In this document: positions 20,472 to 31,070 of the stretch, one piece after another
How the letters are laid out: each line of letters starts with the position of its first letter
Numbering within the stretch: position 1 is the stretch's first letter
Assembly (NCBI GenBank): GCA_016721825.1
Contig: JADKHI010000001.1
Location: 512,314 to 576,313, forward strand
Origin: Flavobacteriales bacterium
Lineage (GTDB): Bacteria > Bacteroidota > Bacteroidia > Flavobacteriales_F > PHOS-HE28
DNA: 64,000 bases
Reading direction: 5' to 3'
Made by a program: the position numbers and the translations under genes
Notes under the pieces: generated by a model
What the model saw: the letters and a program-made list of their open reading frames with translations, nothing else
What the model was told of the DNA's origin: nothing
Databases searched by the model: none

Positions 20472-21200
20472 ATGCGAACGAACAGGAACTTGGGCAAGGC
20501 CCTGCTGGCGACCGTCCTTCTGGGGCTTTGCGGAAGCGCACATGCCCAAAAGATCAAGACGGAGAACCTGCCCAACTTCGATCTGCACGTCTTCCACTTC
20601 GGTTTCCTGCTCAGCTACAACACGAGCGACTTCTTCGTGAAGTTGAAGCCCAACGCACCCTTCACCGACTCGCTGCTCGTGGTGGACCACGTCAAGCAAC
20701 CGGGCTTCAACCTGGGCATCGTCAGTTCGCTGAACATGACGCCCAACCTCAGCCTGCGCTTTCTGCCCTCCCTCTCCTTCCAGGACCGCCAGCTGAAGTA
20801 CTCCTTCCGTAAGAGCGACGGCAAGACCACCGTGTTCTTGAAGCCCGTGGAGAGCACTTATCTGGAGTTCCCGCTGCTTTTGAAGCTGCGCAGCGACAGG
20901 ATCAACAACTTCGCCGTTTACCTGCTCGCAGGGGGCAAGTACAGCATGGACATGGCCAGCCAGAAGGACGTGAACCAGGCCATTGATGACGAGATCGTGA
21001 TCAAGCTGCGCCGCACGGACTACTCGGCGGAGATCGGTGGTGGGGTGGACATGTTCCTTCCCTACTTCAAGTTCGGGCTCGAGTTGAAAATGGGCATCGG
21101 CATCCCCAACCTGCTGATCGACGACAACACCCGTTTCAGCGCGCCGATCGAAAGCCTGCGCTCCAAGACCTACATGTTCACCTTCACCTTCGAAGGGTGA
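20472..21200 (+). CDS. porT: PorT-family outer-membrane beta-barrel protein (T9SS-associated)
   Basis: ORF 20358-21200, with the start moved to ATG 20472 (signal peptide MRTNRNLGKALLATVLLGLCGSAHAQ). It shows an alternating beta-strand pattern (FHFGFLLSYNTSDFFVKLKP) and an aromatic C-terminus (YMFTFTFEG). As I recall, the position directly after ubiE matches the porT/sprT position in other Bacteroidetes. Confidence 0.7.
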   Translation: MRTNRNLGKALLATVLLGLCGSAHAQKIKTENLPNFDLHVFHFGFLLSYNTSDFFVKLKPNAPFTDSLLVVDHVKQPGFNLGIVSSLNMTPNLSLRFLPSLSFQDRQLKYSFRKSDGKTTVFLKPVESTYLEFPLLLKLRSDRINNFAVYLLAGGKYSMDMASQKDVNQAIDDEIVIKLRRTDYSAEIGGGVDMFLPYFKFGLELKMGIGIPNLLIDDNTRFSAPIESLRSKTYMFTFTFEG

Positions 21201-21231
21201 CGCGGACCGCATCCGCACAGCACTAGCCAGC

Positions 21232-22782
21232 ATGGAACGCACGGTGGACATCGCCCTGCCACCGCACGAAGCCTCGCAGCAGACCTTGGTGATCGAGGCC
21301 GCCGCAGAGGCAGCTGGTCTCACGCCTGCTCAGGTCCAGGGGTGGCGCGTGGACAAGCGCTCCATCGATGCCCGCAGCCGGGTGCCCTTGTTCCGGTTGC
21401 GCGTTACGATCAGCACTGACCATGCACTTCAGGCCGAGCCCATGGCGCGACCTGACCTGCCCCACGTGCATGGTCGCCCCCCAGTGATCATCATTGGCTG
21501 CGGCCCTGCCGGGCTTTTTGCCGCGCTCCGTTGCATCCAACGTGGCTTCCGCCCGATCATTCTTGAACGGGGCAAGGATGTGCGCAGCCGCCGCCGCGAC
21601 CTGGCCGCCATCAACCGTGAGCATGTGGTGGACCCCGACAGCAACTACTGCTTTGGCGAGGGTGGTGCCGGCACTTACAGCGATGGCAAGCTGTACACGC
21701 GAAGCACCAAGCGCGGCGATGTGGAAGGTGTGCTGAGGACGCTCGTTGGCTTCGGGGCTTCCGCGGACATTCTGGTGGACGCACACCCGCACATCGGCAC
21801 CAACAAGCTCCCCGGCATCATCACCGCTATGCGTGAAGCCTTGATCGAGGCGGGCGGTGAAGTGCTGTTCAACCAACGTGTGTGCGACCTCCTCATCGAA
21901 AATGGGCACATCATAGGCGTGTTGACGGCCACCGGCGAGGAACATCGGGCGGAGCATGTGGTGCTTGCCACGGGACATAGCGCACGCGACATCTTCCAGC
22001 TGCTTCACGACAAGGGCATCGCCATTGAACGCAAGGACTTCGCGCTGGGCGTGCGTATCGAGCATCCACAATCCGTCATCGATCGGATCCGCTACCACTG
22101 CGATGTGCGCGACCCCTACCTGCCACCTGCGAGCTACAACGCGGTGCAACAAGTGAACGGTGCGGGTGTCTACAGCTTTTGCATGTGTCCGGGCGGTATC
22201 ATCGCTCCGTGTGCGACGGCTCCGGGCGAAGTGGTCACCAACGGCTGGAGCCCCAGCAAACGCAACAACCCCTTCGCCAACTCGGGCATTGTGGTGGAAC
22301 TGCGTGGTGAGATGCTGAAAGGCCTGGCCAACGACCCGCTCGGCGGCATGCGGTTCCAGAGGTCCGTGGAACAAGCTGCATGGAAAGCGGGCGGCGAGCG
22401 ACAATCAGCCCCGGCGCAACGCATGGAGGATTTCATCCTGCGGCGTGCGAGCACCGACCTGCCCCCATGCAGCTATCAGCCCGGGATCGTACCTGTGACC
22501 TTGGACGACCTGCTGCCTGCGGACGTGAGCCAGCGGCTACGCGAAGGCTTGAAGGCGTTCGGCGATAAGATGCGAGGCTACCGAACGAACGAAGCTGTGC
22601 TGGTGGCTGTGGAGAGCCGGACCAGTTCACCGGTGCGCATTCCGCGCGACCCCACCACACTTCAGCATGTGCAGGTGAAGGGATTGTACCCCTGCGGTGA
22701 AGGTGCCGGGTATGCCGGGGGCATCATCAGCGCGGCCATTGATGGGCTCCGTGTGGTGGACGCCCTTGCATCAAAGACCTAG
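21232..22782 (+). CDS. FAD-dependent oxidoreductase (uncharacterised dehydrogenase family)
   Basis: Rossmann dinucleotide motif VIIIGCGPAGLFAAL, then GGAGTYSDGKLYTR, and C-terminal GLYPCGEGAGYAGGI. Confidence 0.75.
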   Translation: MERTVDIALPPHEASQQTLVIEAAAEAAGLTPAQVQGWRVDKRSIDARSRVPLFRLRVTISTDHALQAEPMARPDLPHVHGRPPVIIIGCGPAGLFAALRCIQRGFRPIILERGKDVRSRRRDLAAINREHVVDPDSNYCFGEGGAGTYSDGKLYTRSTKRGDVEGVLRTLVGFGASADILVDAHPHIGTNKLPGIITAMREALIEAGGEVLFNQRVCDLLIENGHIIGVLTATGEEHRAEHVVLATGHSARDIFQLLHDKGIAIERKDFALGVRIEHPQSVIDRIRYHCDVRDPYLPPASYNAVQQVNGAGVYSFCMCPGGIIAPCATAPGEVVTNGWSPSKRNNPFANSGIVVELRGEMLKGLANDPLGGMRFQRSVEQAAWKAGGERQSAPAQRMEDFILRRASTDLPPCSYQPGIVPVTLDDLLPADVSQRLREGLKAFGDKMRGYRTNEAVLVAVESRTSSPVRIPRDPTTLQHVQVKGLYPCGEGAGYAGGIISAAIDGLRVVDALASKT

Positions 22783-22788
22783 TCTTTG

Positions 22789-23529
22789 CTATCGGTTGCG
22801 CCGGGCGAACTCCATGCACAGCGCTGCGGCGGCCATGGCCACGTTGAGCGATTCCGCACCGCCCCAGTTGGGTATCGCGATGGATGATCCAGGTTCGCAG
22901 CGCACCGCCTCCGATAGGCCATGGGATTCGCTGCCCAGGACCAGTACGGATGGCCGCTTTAATTCTGCGTCGAACACGTCCTTCCCAGAACCTTCTGCCT
23001 TGTAGATGTGGACACCTGCCGCGTGCACGCGTGTCAGCGCCTCCGGAAGCGGACCGTAGGTCACCGGTATCCGGAAGATCGAGCCCATGCTGGCTCCTAC
23101 ACACTTTGGGTTGAACACATCGACCGAACCTTCCGAGCACCATACCGCCTCGGCACCGAACCGATCGGCTATGCGCAGCACGGTGCCCAGGTTCCCGGGG
23201 TCGTTGATGCCGTCCAGCGCAAGCACCATCCCTTTGGGAGCAGGCGCGGCCATGGACCGGACCTTCGGTTTGCGCACCACGGCCACCACCTCGTTCCCGG
23301 ATTCCAGCGTGCCCAACTTCTCCAGTTGATGGCCGGGATGGATAAAGGCATCCTTCAACCCAAGCTCATGTGCGGCCTCGGCGGTCGCGTGGATGGCCAC
23401 CACCTCGTAGGATGAGCGCATCAATTCCTCGACGAGCTTTCTGCCCTGCACGAGGAACAAGCCCTGTTCATCGCGGTATTTCTTTTGATGAAGCGACCGC
23501 ACGCGCTTCAATCCCTCTGATCCGCTCAC
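22789..23529 (-). CDS. TrmH/SpoU-family RNA 2'-O-methyltransferase
   Basis: SpoU motifs LALDGINDPGNLGTVLRIADRFG, VLGSESHGLS and IPNWGGAESLNVAMAAA. The ORF extends to 23580. I prefer the GTG at 23529 (VSGSEGLKRVRSLHQKKYRDE), which avoids overlap with the divergent gene. The start is uncertain. Confidence 0.75.
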   Translation of the reverse strand: MSGSEGLKRVRSLHQKKYRDEQGLFLVQGRKLVEELMRSSYEVVAIHATAEAAHELGLKDAFIHPGHQLEKLGTLESGNEVVAVVRKPKVRSMAAPAPKGMVLALDGINDPGNLGTVLRIADRFGAEAVWCSEGSVDVFNPKCVGASMGSIFRIPVTYGPLPEALTRVHAAGVHIYKAEGSGKDVFDAELKRPSVLVLGSESHGLSEAVRCEPGSSIAIPNWGGAESLNVAMAAAALCMEFARRNR

Positions 23530-23581
23530 TGTGTTCAGGATATCTTGGCAGCCCCGCAAAATAGACACATCACGGCGCACT

Positions 23582-26029
23582 GTGCGGCCTCTCTCCCTTC
23601 ATATCCTGTGGCTTCTGGCCTGCGCGCTTCTGTGGGTGGGCTGCGACCCCGCGAAGCGTGTGCCCCAAGACCAGCACCTGCTCCACAGGAACGCGATCCA
23701 GGAACATCCGGACCCGAGGAACAAGACGTTGCCCGATGCCTTGGTCGACCAGGATGAGCTCCGATCGATCATCAAGCAAAAGCCCAACAAGCGGGTGCTG
23801 GGCATCCCCTTCTACCTGAACGTGTACAACCTGCGCGACCCGCAACGCGTGATCGAGAAGCGACAGCGGAGCGATAGCCTCTGCCAGGTGAAGAACGAAT
23901 CGCGGGCGCTGAAGGGACGCAAGCTGAAGACCTGCGACCAGATCACCCGCGGCCGGAACGGTGAGCCACCGGTGATCTTGGACACGGCACTGACCTTCCG
24001 CTCCTCCAAGCAGCTCGAACTCTACCTCATCAAGGAAGGCTTCTTCATGGCCCAGGTCAGCGACACCGTGATCTACAAGAAGCGGAAGGCTGAAGTGCAG
24101 TACCGCGTGGAGCCCGGCCCGGCCTATGTGCTGTGCGACGTGCACTGGTATGTGGACGATGAGGCCATGCACAGGAACATCCAGGAACGTTGGAACGGAA
24201 CGAACCTGAAGGTGGGTGAGCGGTTCGACGGCGACAAGCTGGACAAGGAGCGTGACCGGATCACGGCACACATGCGGGAGCTGGGCTACCTCTACTTCAA
24301 CCGTGATCTGATCACTTACGATGCCGACACCGGCATGGGCGACCATCAGGTGGACCTTTCCCTGCGGATCGAACGCCCCATGTCCCGCAGCCAGAAACAG
24401 ATCTCCGGCTCACGGGAAGGCACCATCTACCATGTGGAACGAGTGATCATCGAACAGGGTGCCCGTTCGGTGGACCCTGCTGTGCGCGACACGGTGATCA
24501 TGGACGGCTACGAACTGATCTACCATGGCGATAAGCCGCTGTACAAGCCGCAGGCCCTGTTGTGCGGCATGTTCCTGCATCCGGACCAACGTTTCAACCA
24601 ACTGGATGCGGACCGGACCTACCGAAGGCTGACGAACCTGCGGGTGTTCGACCGGGTGGAGATCCGCTACGATACCACGGGCACCTTCCGTAGCGATGGT
24701 GTGAACTGCAGGGTGCAGCTGATGCCGAGCAAGACGCAGAGCTTTTCCACCGAAGGATTCGGCACCAACCGGGGGGGCTTCATGGGCACCTCCTTGAGCG
24801 TGGGCTACCGCCATAAGAACCTGTTCCGGTCCATGGGCAGCATCACCGCTCAGGTGAACTTCGGATGGGAAGCGCAGCAGAGCGTGACCGGCAGTACCGG
24901 TGAGGGGGAAGATGCCAGCAACCAGATCCGCAGCGGGGGCCTGTTCAACACCATTGAGTTCGGACCCGAGATCACCTTCCGGTTCCCCAACTTCCTGCTG
25001 CCCGTGAAGTGCGGCACCTTCGCCCGCTCCGCGGCACCTCGCACCACCATCAACATCCTTTACAATTTCCAGCAACGTCCGGACTACACACGGTCGCTGG
25101 CCAAGTTCAGCTTCGGCTATGAATGGAACGAGTCGCGCACCAAGACCTGGGGCCTCTTCCCGGTCGAATTGAACGTGATCAAGATCCCCTATTACGCGCC
25201 CAGCTTTCTGCAGTTCCTTCAGGAGACGAACGACCCCACGCTTACCGATAGCTACACGGACCACCTCATCCTGGGCGCCAAGGCCATGTTCACCCTGAAC
25301 ACGCAGGACGTATTGCCCAAGCGGCACACCTACTTTCTGCGAACGGTGCTGCAGACATCGGGCAACCTGCTGGCTGCGCTGTACGACCTGACCGACCAGC
25401 CGCTCACCACCGACAGCACGGGGGCGAACTTCTATACGGTGGGCAACATCCGTTTCGCCCAGTTCATCAAGCTGGATAACGACTTCCGCTATTACCTGCG
25501 CCTGCACGACAAGAGCAGCATGGCCTTCCGTGTGGCGGCCGGGGTGGGCATAGCGTATGGCAACCTGCCCGTGCTTCCGTTCGAGACCAGCTTTTTCGGG
25601 GGTGGCGCGAACGGCATGCGGGCCTGGCAGGCACGAACGCTGGGGCCAGGTTCCTACAATGCACCGGTGAGCTACGATCGCATCGGCGACATGCACATCG
25701 AAGCGAACGCGGAGTACCGCTTCAAGCTCATCGGCTACCTCGAGGGCGCCCTGTTCGTGGACGTCGGCAACATCTGGACCTTGCGCGAGAATCCGGCGAA
25801 ACCCGGAAGCGTGTTCGAAACACGGGACCTGTTGAAGGAACTCGCGATCGGTTCGGGCATTGGGGCACGCCTGAACTTCGACTTCTTCCTGGTCCGCTTC
25901 GACCTGGCCGGCCAGATGAAGGACCCTGGGCAGCCCGAGGGTCAGCGCTGGCTCTTCCAGCGGTCCGATGCCACCAGCCAACTGGGCCGTGTGCTCAACC
26001 TCAACTTGGGGATCGGCTATCCGTTCTAG
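23582..26029 (+). CDS. BamA/TamA (Omp85) family outer-membrane protein
   Basis: C-terminal Omp85 barrel motifs FFGGGANGMRAW, NAEYRF and FVDVGNIW, ending GIGYPF. The ORF opens at 23531. The GTG at 23582 gives a lipoprotein-like signal (RPLSLHILWLLACALLWVGC). The start is uncertain. Confidence 0.8.
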   Translation: MRPLSLHILWLLACALLWVGCDPAKRVPQDQHLLHRNAIQEHPDPRNKTLPDALVDQDELRSIIKQKPNKRVLGIPFYLNVYNLRDPQRVIEKRQRSDSLCQVKNESRALKGRKLKTCDQITRGRNGEPPVILDTALTFRSSKQLELYLIKEGFFMAQVSDTVIYKKRKAEVQYRVEPGPAYVLCDVHWYVDDEAMHRNIQERWNGTNLKVGERFDGDKLDKERDRITAHMRELGYLYFNRDLITYDADTGMGDHQVDLSLRIERPMSRSQKQISGSREGTIYHVERVIIEQGARSVDPAVRDTVIMDGYELIYHGDKPLYKPQALLCGMFLHPDQRFNQLDADRTYRRLTNLRVFDRVEIRYDTTGTFRSDGVNCRVQLMPSKTQSFSTEGFGTNRGGFMGTSLSVGYRHKNLFRSMGSITAQVNFGWEAQQSVTGSTGEGEDASNQIRSGGLFNTIEFGPEITFRFPNFLLPVKCGTFARSAAPRTTINILYNFQQRPDYTRSLAKFSFGYEWNESRTKTWGLFPVELNVIKIPYYAPSFLQFLQETNDPTLTDSYTDHLILGAKAMFTLNTQDVLPKRHTYFLRTVLQTSGNLLAALYDLTDQPLTTDSTGANFYTVGNIRFAQFIKLDNDFRYYLRLHDKSSMAFRVAAGVGIAYGNLPVLPFETSFFGGGANGMRAWQARTLGPGSYNAPVSYDRIGDMHIEANAEYRFKLIGYLEGALFVDVGNIWTLRENPAKPGSVFETRDLLKELAIGSGIGARLNFDFFLVRFDLAGQMKDPGQPEGQRWLFQRSDATSQLGRVLNLNLGIGYPF

Positions 26030-26073
26030 GGCAACAGGGTAACGAAGCCTGGACCTCCCCTGCCTGCTTTGCT

Positions 26074-26081
26074 TAGTTTTG
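26074..26081 (+). promoter_or_regulatory. Candidate Bacteroidetes -7 promoter element (TAnnTTTG)
   Basis: TAGTTTTG lies 26 nt upstream of the fbaB ATG at 26107. Confidence 0.35.
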
Positions 26082-26106
26082 CCGACCAGTTCGAAAAACA
26101 GCTTCC

Positions 26107-27177
<1,071 letters not shown>

Positions 27178-27199
27178 GTCCCCATAGCGGTACGTGAGG

Positions 27200-27228
27200 A
27201 GCGGCGAGCGGCAGGCCCACTCGCCGCT
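27200..27228 (+). terminator. Stem-loop terminator candidate after fbaB
   Basis: AGCGGCGAG / CTCGCCGCT form a 9-bp stem with an 11-nt loop, followed by TGTTACTTGT. Confidence 0.45.
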
Positions 27229-27284
27229 TGTTACTTGTAAACTTGTCGCCCCTTTCACCACCTTCGTCCTACCGAACGATCACC

Positions 27285-28130
27285 ATGGGTTGGTTCACAC
27301 GCGTCAAGGAAGGCATCACCACCTCCACAGAGGAGAAGAAAGAGACCCCGGAAGGCCTCTGGTACAAGTGCCCCGAGTGCTCCGAGATCATGACCTCGGA
27401 GGACCACGAGAACAACCTTTGGGTCTGTGCGAAATGCAGCTACCACGAGAAGATCGGTAGCGAAGAGTACTTCGCCATCCTGTTCGACGACCAGAAGTTC
27501 AAGGAGATCGCCGCTGACCTGATCGCCGGGGACCCCTTGCAGTTCGAGGACACCAAGCGCTATGTGGACCGTCTGGCGAAGACCCGCAAGGAAACCGGGC
27601 TGAACGATGCCCTGCGCGCTGCGGAAGGCAAGATCGAAGGCCACCTCGCGGTGATCGCTTGCATGGACTTCCGCTTCATCGGGGGTAGCATGGGTAGCGT
27701 GGTGGGCGAGAAGATCGCCCAGGCCGCTGACGTGGCCCTGAAGAAGAAATGTCCCTTCATCATCATCAGCAAGAGCGGCGGCGCCCGCATGATGGAGGCC
27801 GGTTTCAGCTTGATGCAGATGGCCAAGACCAGCGCCAAGCTCAGCATCCTCTCCAAGAAGGGCATCCCTTACATCAGCATCCTTACCGACCCCACCACCG
27901 GAGGGGTCACGGCCAGTTTTGCCATGCTAGGGGACCTGAACATCGCGGAACCCAAGGCCCTTGTCGCGTTCGCAGGCCCTCGCGTGGTGCGCGAGACCAT
28001 CGGGCGTGACCTGCCCGAAGGATTCCAGACCAGCGAATTCGTGCTGGAGCATGGCTTCCTCGACAAGATCGTGGACCGCAGGCAGCTTAAGACCACCCTG
28101 GGGTCACTGTTCAAGATGTTCAAGAATTAG
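27285..28130 (+). CDS. accD: Acetyl-CoA carboxylase carboxyltransferase subunit beta
   Basis: ORF 27228-28130, with the start moved to ATG 27285 (MGWFTRVKEG). N-terminal C4 zinc ribbon CPECSEIM..CAKCSYH, and carboxyltransferase motifs FIGGSMGSVVGEK and SGGARMMEA. Confidence 0.9.
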   Translation: MGWFTRVKEGITTSTEEKKETPEGLWYKCPECSEIMTSEDHENNLWVCAKCSYHEKIGSEEYFAILFDDQKFKEIAADLIAGDPLQFEDTKRYVDRLAKTRKETGLNDALRAAEGKIEGHLAVIACMDFRFIGGSMGSVVGEKIAQAADVALKKKCPFIIISKSGGARMMEAGFSLMQMAKTSAKLSILSKKGIPYISILTDPTTGGVTASFAMLGDLNIAEPKALVAFAGPRVVRETIGRDLPEGFQTSEFVLEHGFLDKIVDRRQLKTTLGSLFKMFKN

Positions 28131-28155
28131 GGGCCAAGGGCCGGTTCTCAGCCCT

Positions 28156-28189
28156 TTTGTGGCGTGCATGGGAAAAAGGTCTACATTTG
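28156..28189 (+). promoter_or_regulatory. Candidate Bacteroidetes sigma-A promoter for rpsO (-33 TTTG / -7 TACATTTG)
   Basis: TTTG at 28156-28159 and TACATTTG at 28182-28189, spaced 22 nt apart. The ATG is 28 nt downstream. Confidence 0.45.
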
Positions 28190-28216
28190 CCGCCTGATCG
28201 AAAAGATGCCGATCCC

Positions 28217-28486
28217 ATGCAACTGACCAAGGAGTCCAAGAAGGAGCTTTTCAAAAAGCACGGCGGTTCTGAGACCAACACCGGTAACTCGGAGGGCCAG
28301 ATCGCGATGTTCACCAAGCGCATCGAGCATTTGACCGAGCACTTGAAGCTGAACAAGAAGGACCACGCGACCACCACTTCCCTCGTGGACATGGTAGGCA
28401 AGCGCAAGCAGCTCCTGAACTACCTCAAGAACACCGATATCACGCGCTACCGTGCGATCATCGCTGAGCTGGGTCTGCGTAAATAG
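28217..28486 (+). CDS. rpsO: 30S ribosomal protein S15
   Basis: MQLTKESKKELFKKHGGSETNTGNSEGQIAMFTKRIEHLTEHLKLNKKDHATTTSLVDMVGKRKQLLNYL is a canonical S15 sequence of 89 aa. Confidence 0.95.
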   Translation: MQLTKESKKELFKKHGGSETNTGNSEGQIAMFTKRIEHLTEHLKLNKKDHATTTSLVDMVGKRKQLLNYLKNTDITRYRAIIAELGLRK

Positions 28487-28537
28487 ACCGGTACGTGCCA
28501 CCCGCGTGTGGTCGCACCGCAGTACATACTGAACGAT

Positions 28538-28570
28538 AAAGGGGCGATCGTGAGGAACGGTCGCCCCTTT
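28538..28570 (+). terminator. rpsO terminator/attenuator hairpin
   Basis: AAAGGGGCGATC..GGTCGCCCCTTT forms a 10-12 bp stem, 52 nt after the rpsO stop. Confidence 0.55.
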
Positions 28571-28581
28571 CACATAAAACA

Positions 28582-28603
28582 GGTTCCGATGGACATCGGA
28601 ACC
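28582..28603 (+). promoter_or_regulatory. Second hairpin in the pnp leader
   Basis: GGTTCCGAT-GGAC-ATCGGAACC is a perfect 9-bp stem, 38 nt upstream of the pnp ATG and followed by a purine-rich tract (AGGAAAAAAGAAGAACGAAG). Confidence 0.4.
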
Positions 28604-28640
28604 ATCAGGTAGGCAACAAGAGGAAAAAAGAAGAACGAAG

Positions 28641-30911
28641 ATGAAACCACAAGGAATTTCCAAGACCATCACAATGGGTGATGGAAGGACCATCACCATG
28701 GAGACCGGGGTGCTGGCCAAACAAGCCGATGGAGCCGTTACCGTGCGCCTGGGCGACACGATCCTGCTCGCCACCATCGTGAGCACCAAAGAGGCCCGCG
28801 AAGGCATCGACTTCCTTCCACTGACCGTGGAATACCGCGAGAAATTCAGCGCCGCCGGCCGTTTCCCCGGTGGCTTCTTCAAGCGCGAGGCGCGCATGAG
28901 CGATCATGAGACCTTGACCTGCCGCCTGGTGGACCGCGCGATCCGCCCACTCTTCCCCGAAGATTTCCATGGCGACACCCAGGTGGTGATCTCCATGATG
29001 AGCAGCGACAAGAAGAATCCCGGTGATTCCCTCGCCTGCCTGGCCGCTTCCGCATGTATCGCCGTGAGCGACGTGCCCTTCGACGGGCCTGTGAGCGAAG
29101 TGCGCGTGGCCCGTGTGGATGGCAAGTTCATCATCAACCCCATGGTGGCCGACATCGAGCGAGCCGACATCGAAATGGTCGTGGCCGGTACCGCCACCGA
29201 CATCATGATGGTGGAGGGTGAGATGAAGGAGGTGCAGGAGGTGGACATGATCGAGGCGATCAAGCTGGCCCACGAAGCCATCAAGGATCAGTGCCGTGTG
29301 ATCAAGGAACTGGGTGAGGCCGTGGCGAAGAGCCATGTGAAACGCACCTACAGCCACGAGAACGCCAACCCGGAGCTGGAAAAGAAGATCATGGACTTCT
29401 GCTACCAGAAGTACTATGACGTGGCCATGGAGGCCAGCGCCAAGGAAGTGCGCGGCGAAAAGTTCAAATCGATCAAAGAGGAGTGCATGGCCACCCTCAG
29501 CGACGAAGAGAAGACCGACGGCGCCATGCTGGGCCGGTACTTCAAGAAGGCCATGAAGAAGGGCGTACGCAACGTGGTGCTCGACCACGGGAAGCGCCTG
29601 GATGGTCGTAAGACCGATCAGATCCGTCCGATCTGGAGCGAGGTCGACGTGCTTCCCGGCACCCACGGCAGCGCCGTGTTCACCCGCGGAGAGACCCAGG
29701 CCATCAACGCCGTGACCTTGGGCAGTTCCATGGACGAGCAGACCGTGGACCTCGCCACCAAGAAAGGCAGCGAGAACTTCATGCTGCACTACAACTTCCC
29801 CAGCTTCAGCACTGGTGAAGCACGCCCCATGCGCGGCCCCGGTCGTCGCGAGATCGGCCACGGCAACCTGGCGCTCCGCGCCCTGAAGCCGGTGATCCCC
29901 GGCCTGCCCGACAACCCTTACACCATCCGCCTGAACTGCGACATCCTCGAGAGCAACGGTTCAAGCTCCATGGCCACGGTATGCTCCGGCACCCTGGCCC
30001 TGATGGATGCCGGCATCAAGATCAAAGCACCTGTGAGCGGTATCGCCATGGGCATGATCAGCGACGGTACGCGCCACGCGATCCTCAGCGATATCCTTGG
30101 TGACGAGGATTTCCTGGGCGACATGGACTTCAAGATCTGCGGCACGGCGAAAGGTGTTACGGCCACCCAGATGGACATGAAGGTGGACGGCCTCCCCTAC
30201 GAAGTGTTGGCCCAAGCCTTGGAGCAAGCCCGTGTGGGCCGCCTGCACATCCTGGGTGAAATGCTGAAGACCTTGGATGCGCCCCGTGCGGACTTCAAGG
30301 AGCATGCGCCCCGCATCGTGACCATCGAGATCCCGAAAGAGAGCATCGGACCCGTGATCGGCCCTGGAGGTCGTGTGATCCAGGAGATCCAGGCCGAGAC
30401 CGGTGCACACATCAGCATCGACGAAGTGGACGGTCGTGGTGTGGTGGAGATCATGAGCGAGAACAAGGCGAGCATCGACGCCGCCCTTGCCCGTGTGAAC
30501 GCCATCGCCTTCCCGCCCCAAGCCGACATCGGCGTGAACTACCGCGGCAAGGTGAAGACGATCATGCCGTACGGCGCCTTCGTGGAGATCTTCCCCGGCA
30601 CCGATGGCCTGCTGCACGTCAGCGAGCTGGACTGGAAGCGCATCGACCGCGTGGAGGATGTGCTGAAGGAAGGTGAGATGGTCGACTTCCAAGTGGTGGG
30701 CAAGGACCCCCGCACGGGCAAGTTGAAGCTCAGCCGCCGCGTGCTGCTGCCGAAGCCTGAAGGCTACGTGGAGCGCGAGCCCGCCATGGAAGGTGGTGAG
30801 CGTCGTGAGCGCCGCGACCGGGATGACCGTCCCCGCCGCGATGACCGCCCACGTCGTGACGACCGCCCGCGCCGCGACCACGGTGGAGACCAAGGCCCCA
30901 GCCAGAACTAG
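28641..30911 (+). CDS. pnp: Polyribonucleotide nucleotidyltransferase (PNPase)
   Basis: Two RNase PH domains (GRREIGHG), a KH domain (IGPVIGPGGRVIQEIQ) and an S1 domain (GKVKTIMPYGAFVEI). It also has an Arg/Asp-rich C-terminal tail with three DDRPRR units. Confidence 0.95.
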   Translation: MKPQGISKTITMGDGRTITMETGVLAKQADGAVTVRLGDTILLATIVSTKEAREGIDFLPLTVEYREKFSAAGRFPGGFFKREARMSDHETLTCRLVDRAIRPLFPEDFHGDTQVVISMMSSDKKNPGDSLACLAASACIAVSDVPFDGPVSEVRVARVDGKFIINPMVADIERADIEMVVAGTATDIMMVEGEMKEVQEVDMIEAIKLAHEAIKDQCRVIKELGEAVAKSHVKRTYSHENANPELEKKIMDFCYQKYYDVAMEASAKEVRGEKFKSIKEECMATLSDEEKTDGAMLGRYFKKAMKKGVRNVVLDHGKRLDGRKTDQIRPIWSEVDVLPGTHGSAVFTRGETQAINAVTLGSSMDEQTVDLATKKGSENFMLHYNFPSFSTGEARPMRGPGRREIGHGNLALRALKPVIPGLPDNPYTIRLNCDILESNGSSSMATVCSGTLALMDAGIKIKAPVSGIAMGMISDGTRHAILSDILGDEDFLGDMDFKICGTAKGVTATQMDMKVDGLPYEVLAQALEQARVGRLHILGEMLKTLDAPRADFKEHAPRIVTIEIPKESIGPVIGPGGRVIQEIQAETGAHISIDEVDGRGVVEIMSENKASIDAALARVNAIAFPPQADIGVNYRGKVKTIMPYGAFVEIFPGTDGLLHVSELDWKRIDRVEDVLKEGEMVDFQVVGKDPRTGKLKLSRRVLLPKPEGYVEREPAMEGGERRERRDRDDRPRRDDRPRRDDRPRRDHGGDQGPSQN

Positions 30912-30930
30912 GACCTGATACCTGAACGAA

Positions 30931-30959
30931 AGGAAGGCCGCCCGATGGGCGGCCTTCCT
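30931..30959 (+). terminator. Intrinsic terminator after pnp
   Basis: AGGAAGGCCGCC(C)-GAT-(G)GGCGGCCTTCCT forms a 12-13 bp GC-rich stem, 20 nt after the stop, followed by CATTTCATC. Confidence 0.65.
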
Positions 30960-31070
30960 CATTTCATCACGATCCACGGTATCCGATGGCTCAATTCACC
31001 CTGTGCCGTAACCAGTGCGGCCGCCTTGCCGTTCAACGGAGAGCTCTTCGCAAAATCCCCTTCTCCCGAC

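Noticed and set aside
23529-23582. Apparent 50-nt overlap of the divergent TrmH-family and BamA/TamA-family ORFs (23531 + versus 23580 -).
   Set aside because: This is most likely a start-codon choice artefact. Internal GTG starts at 23529 (-) and 23582 (+) remove the overlap and give sensible N-termini. There is no evidence of anything unusual.
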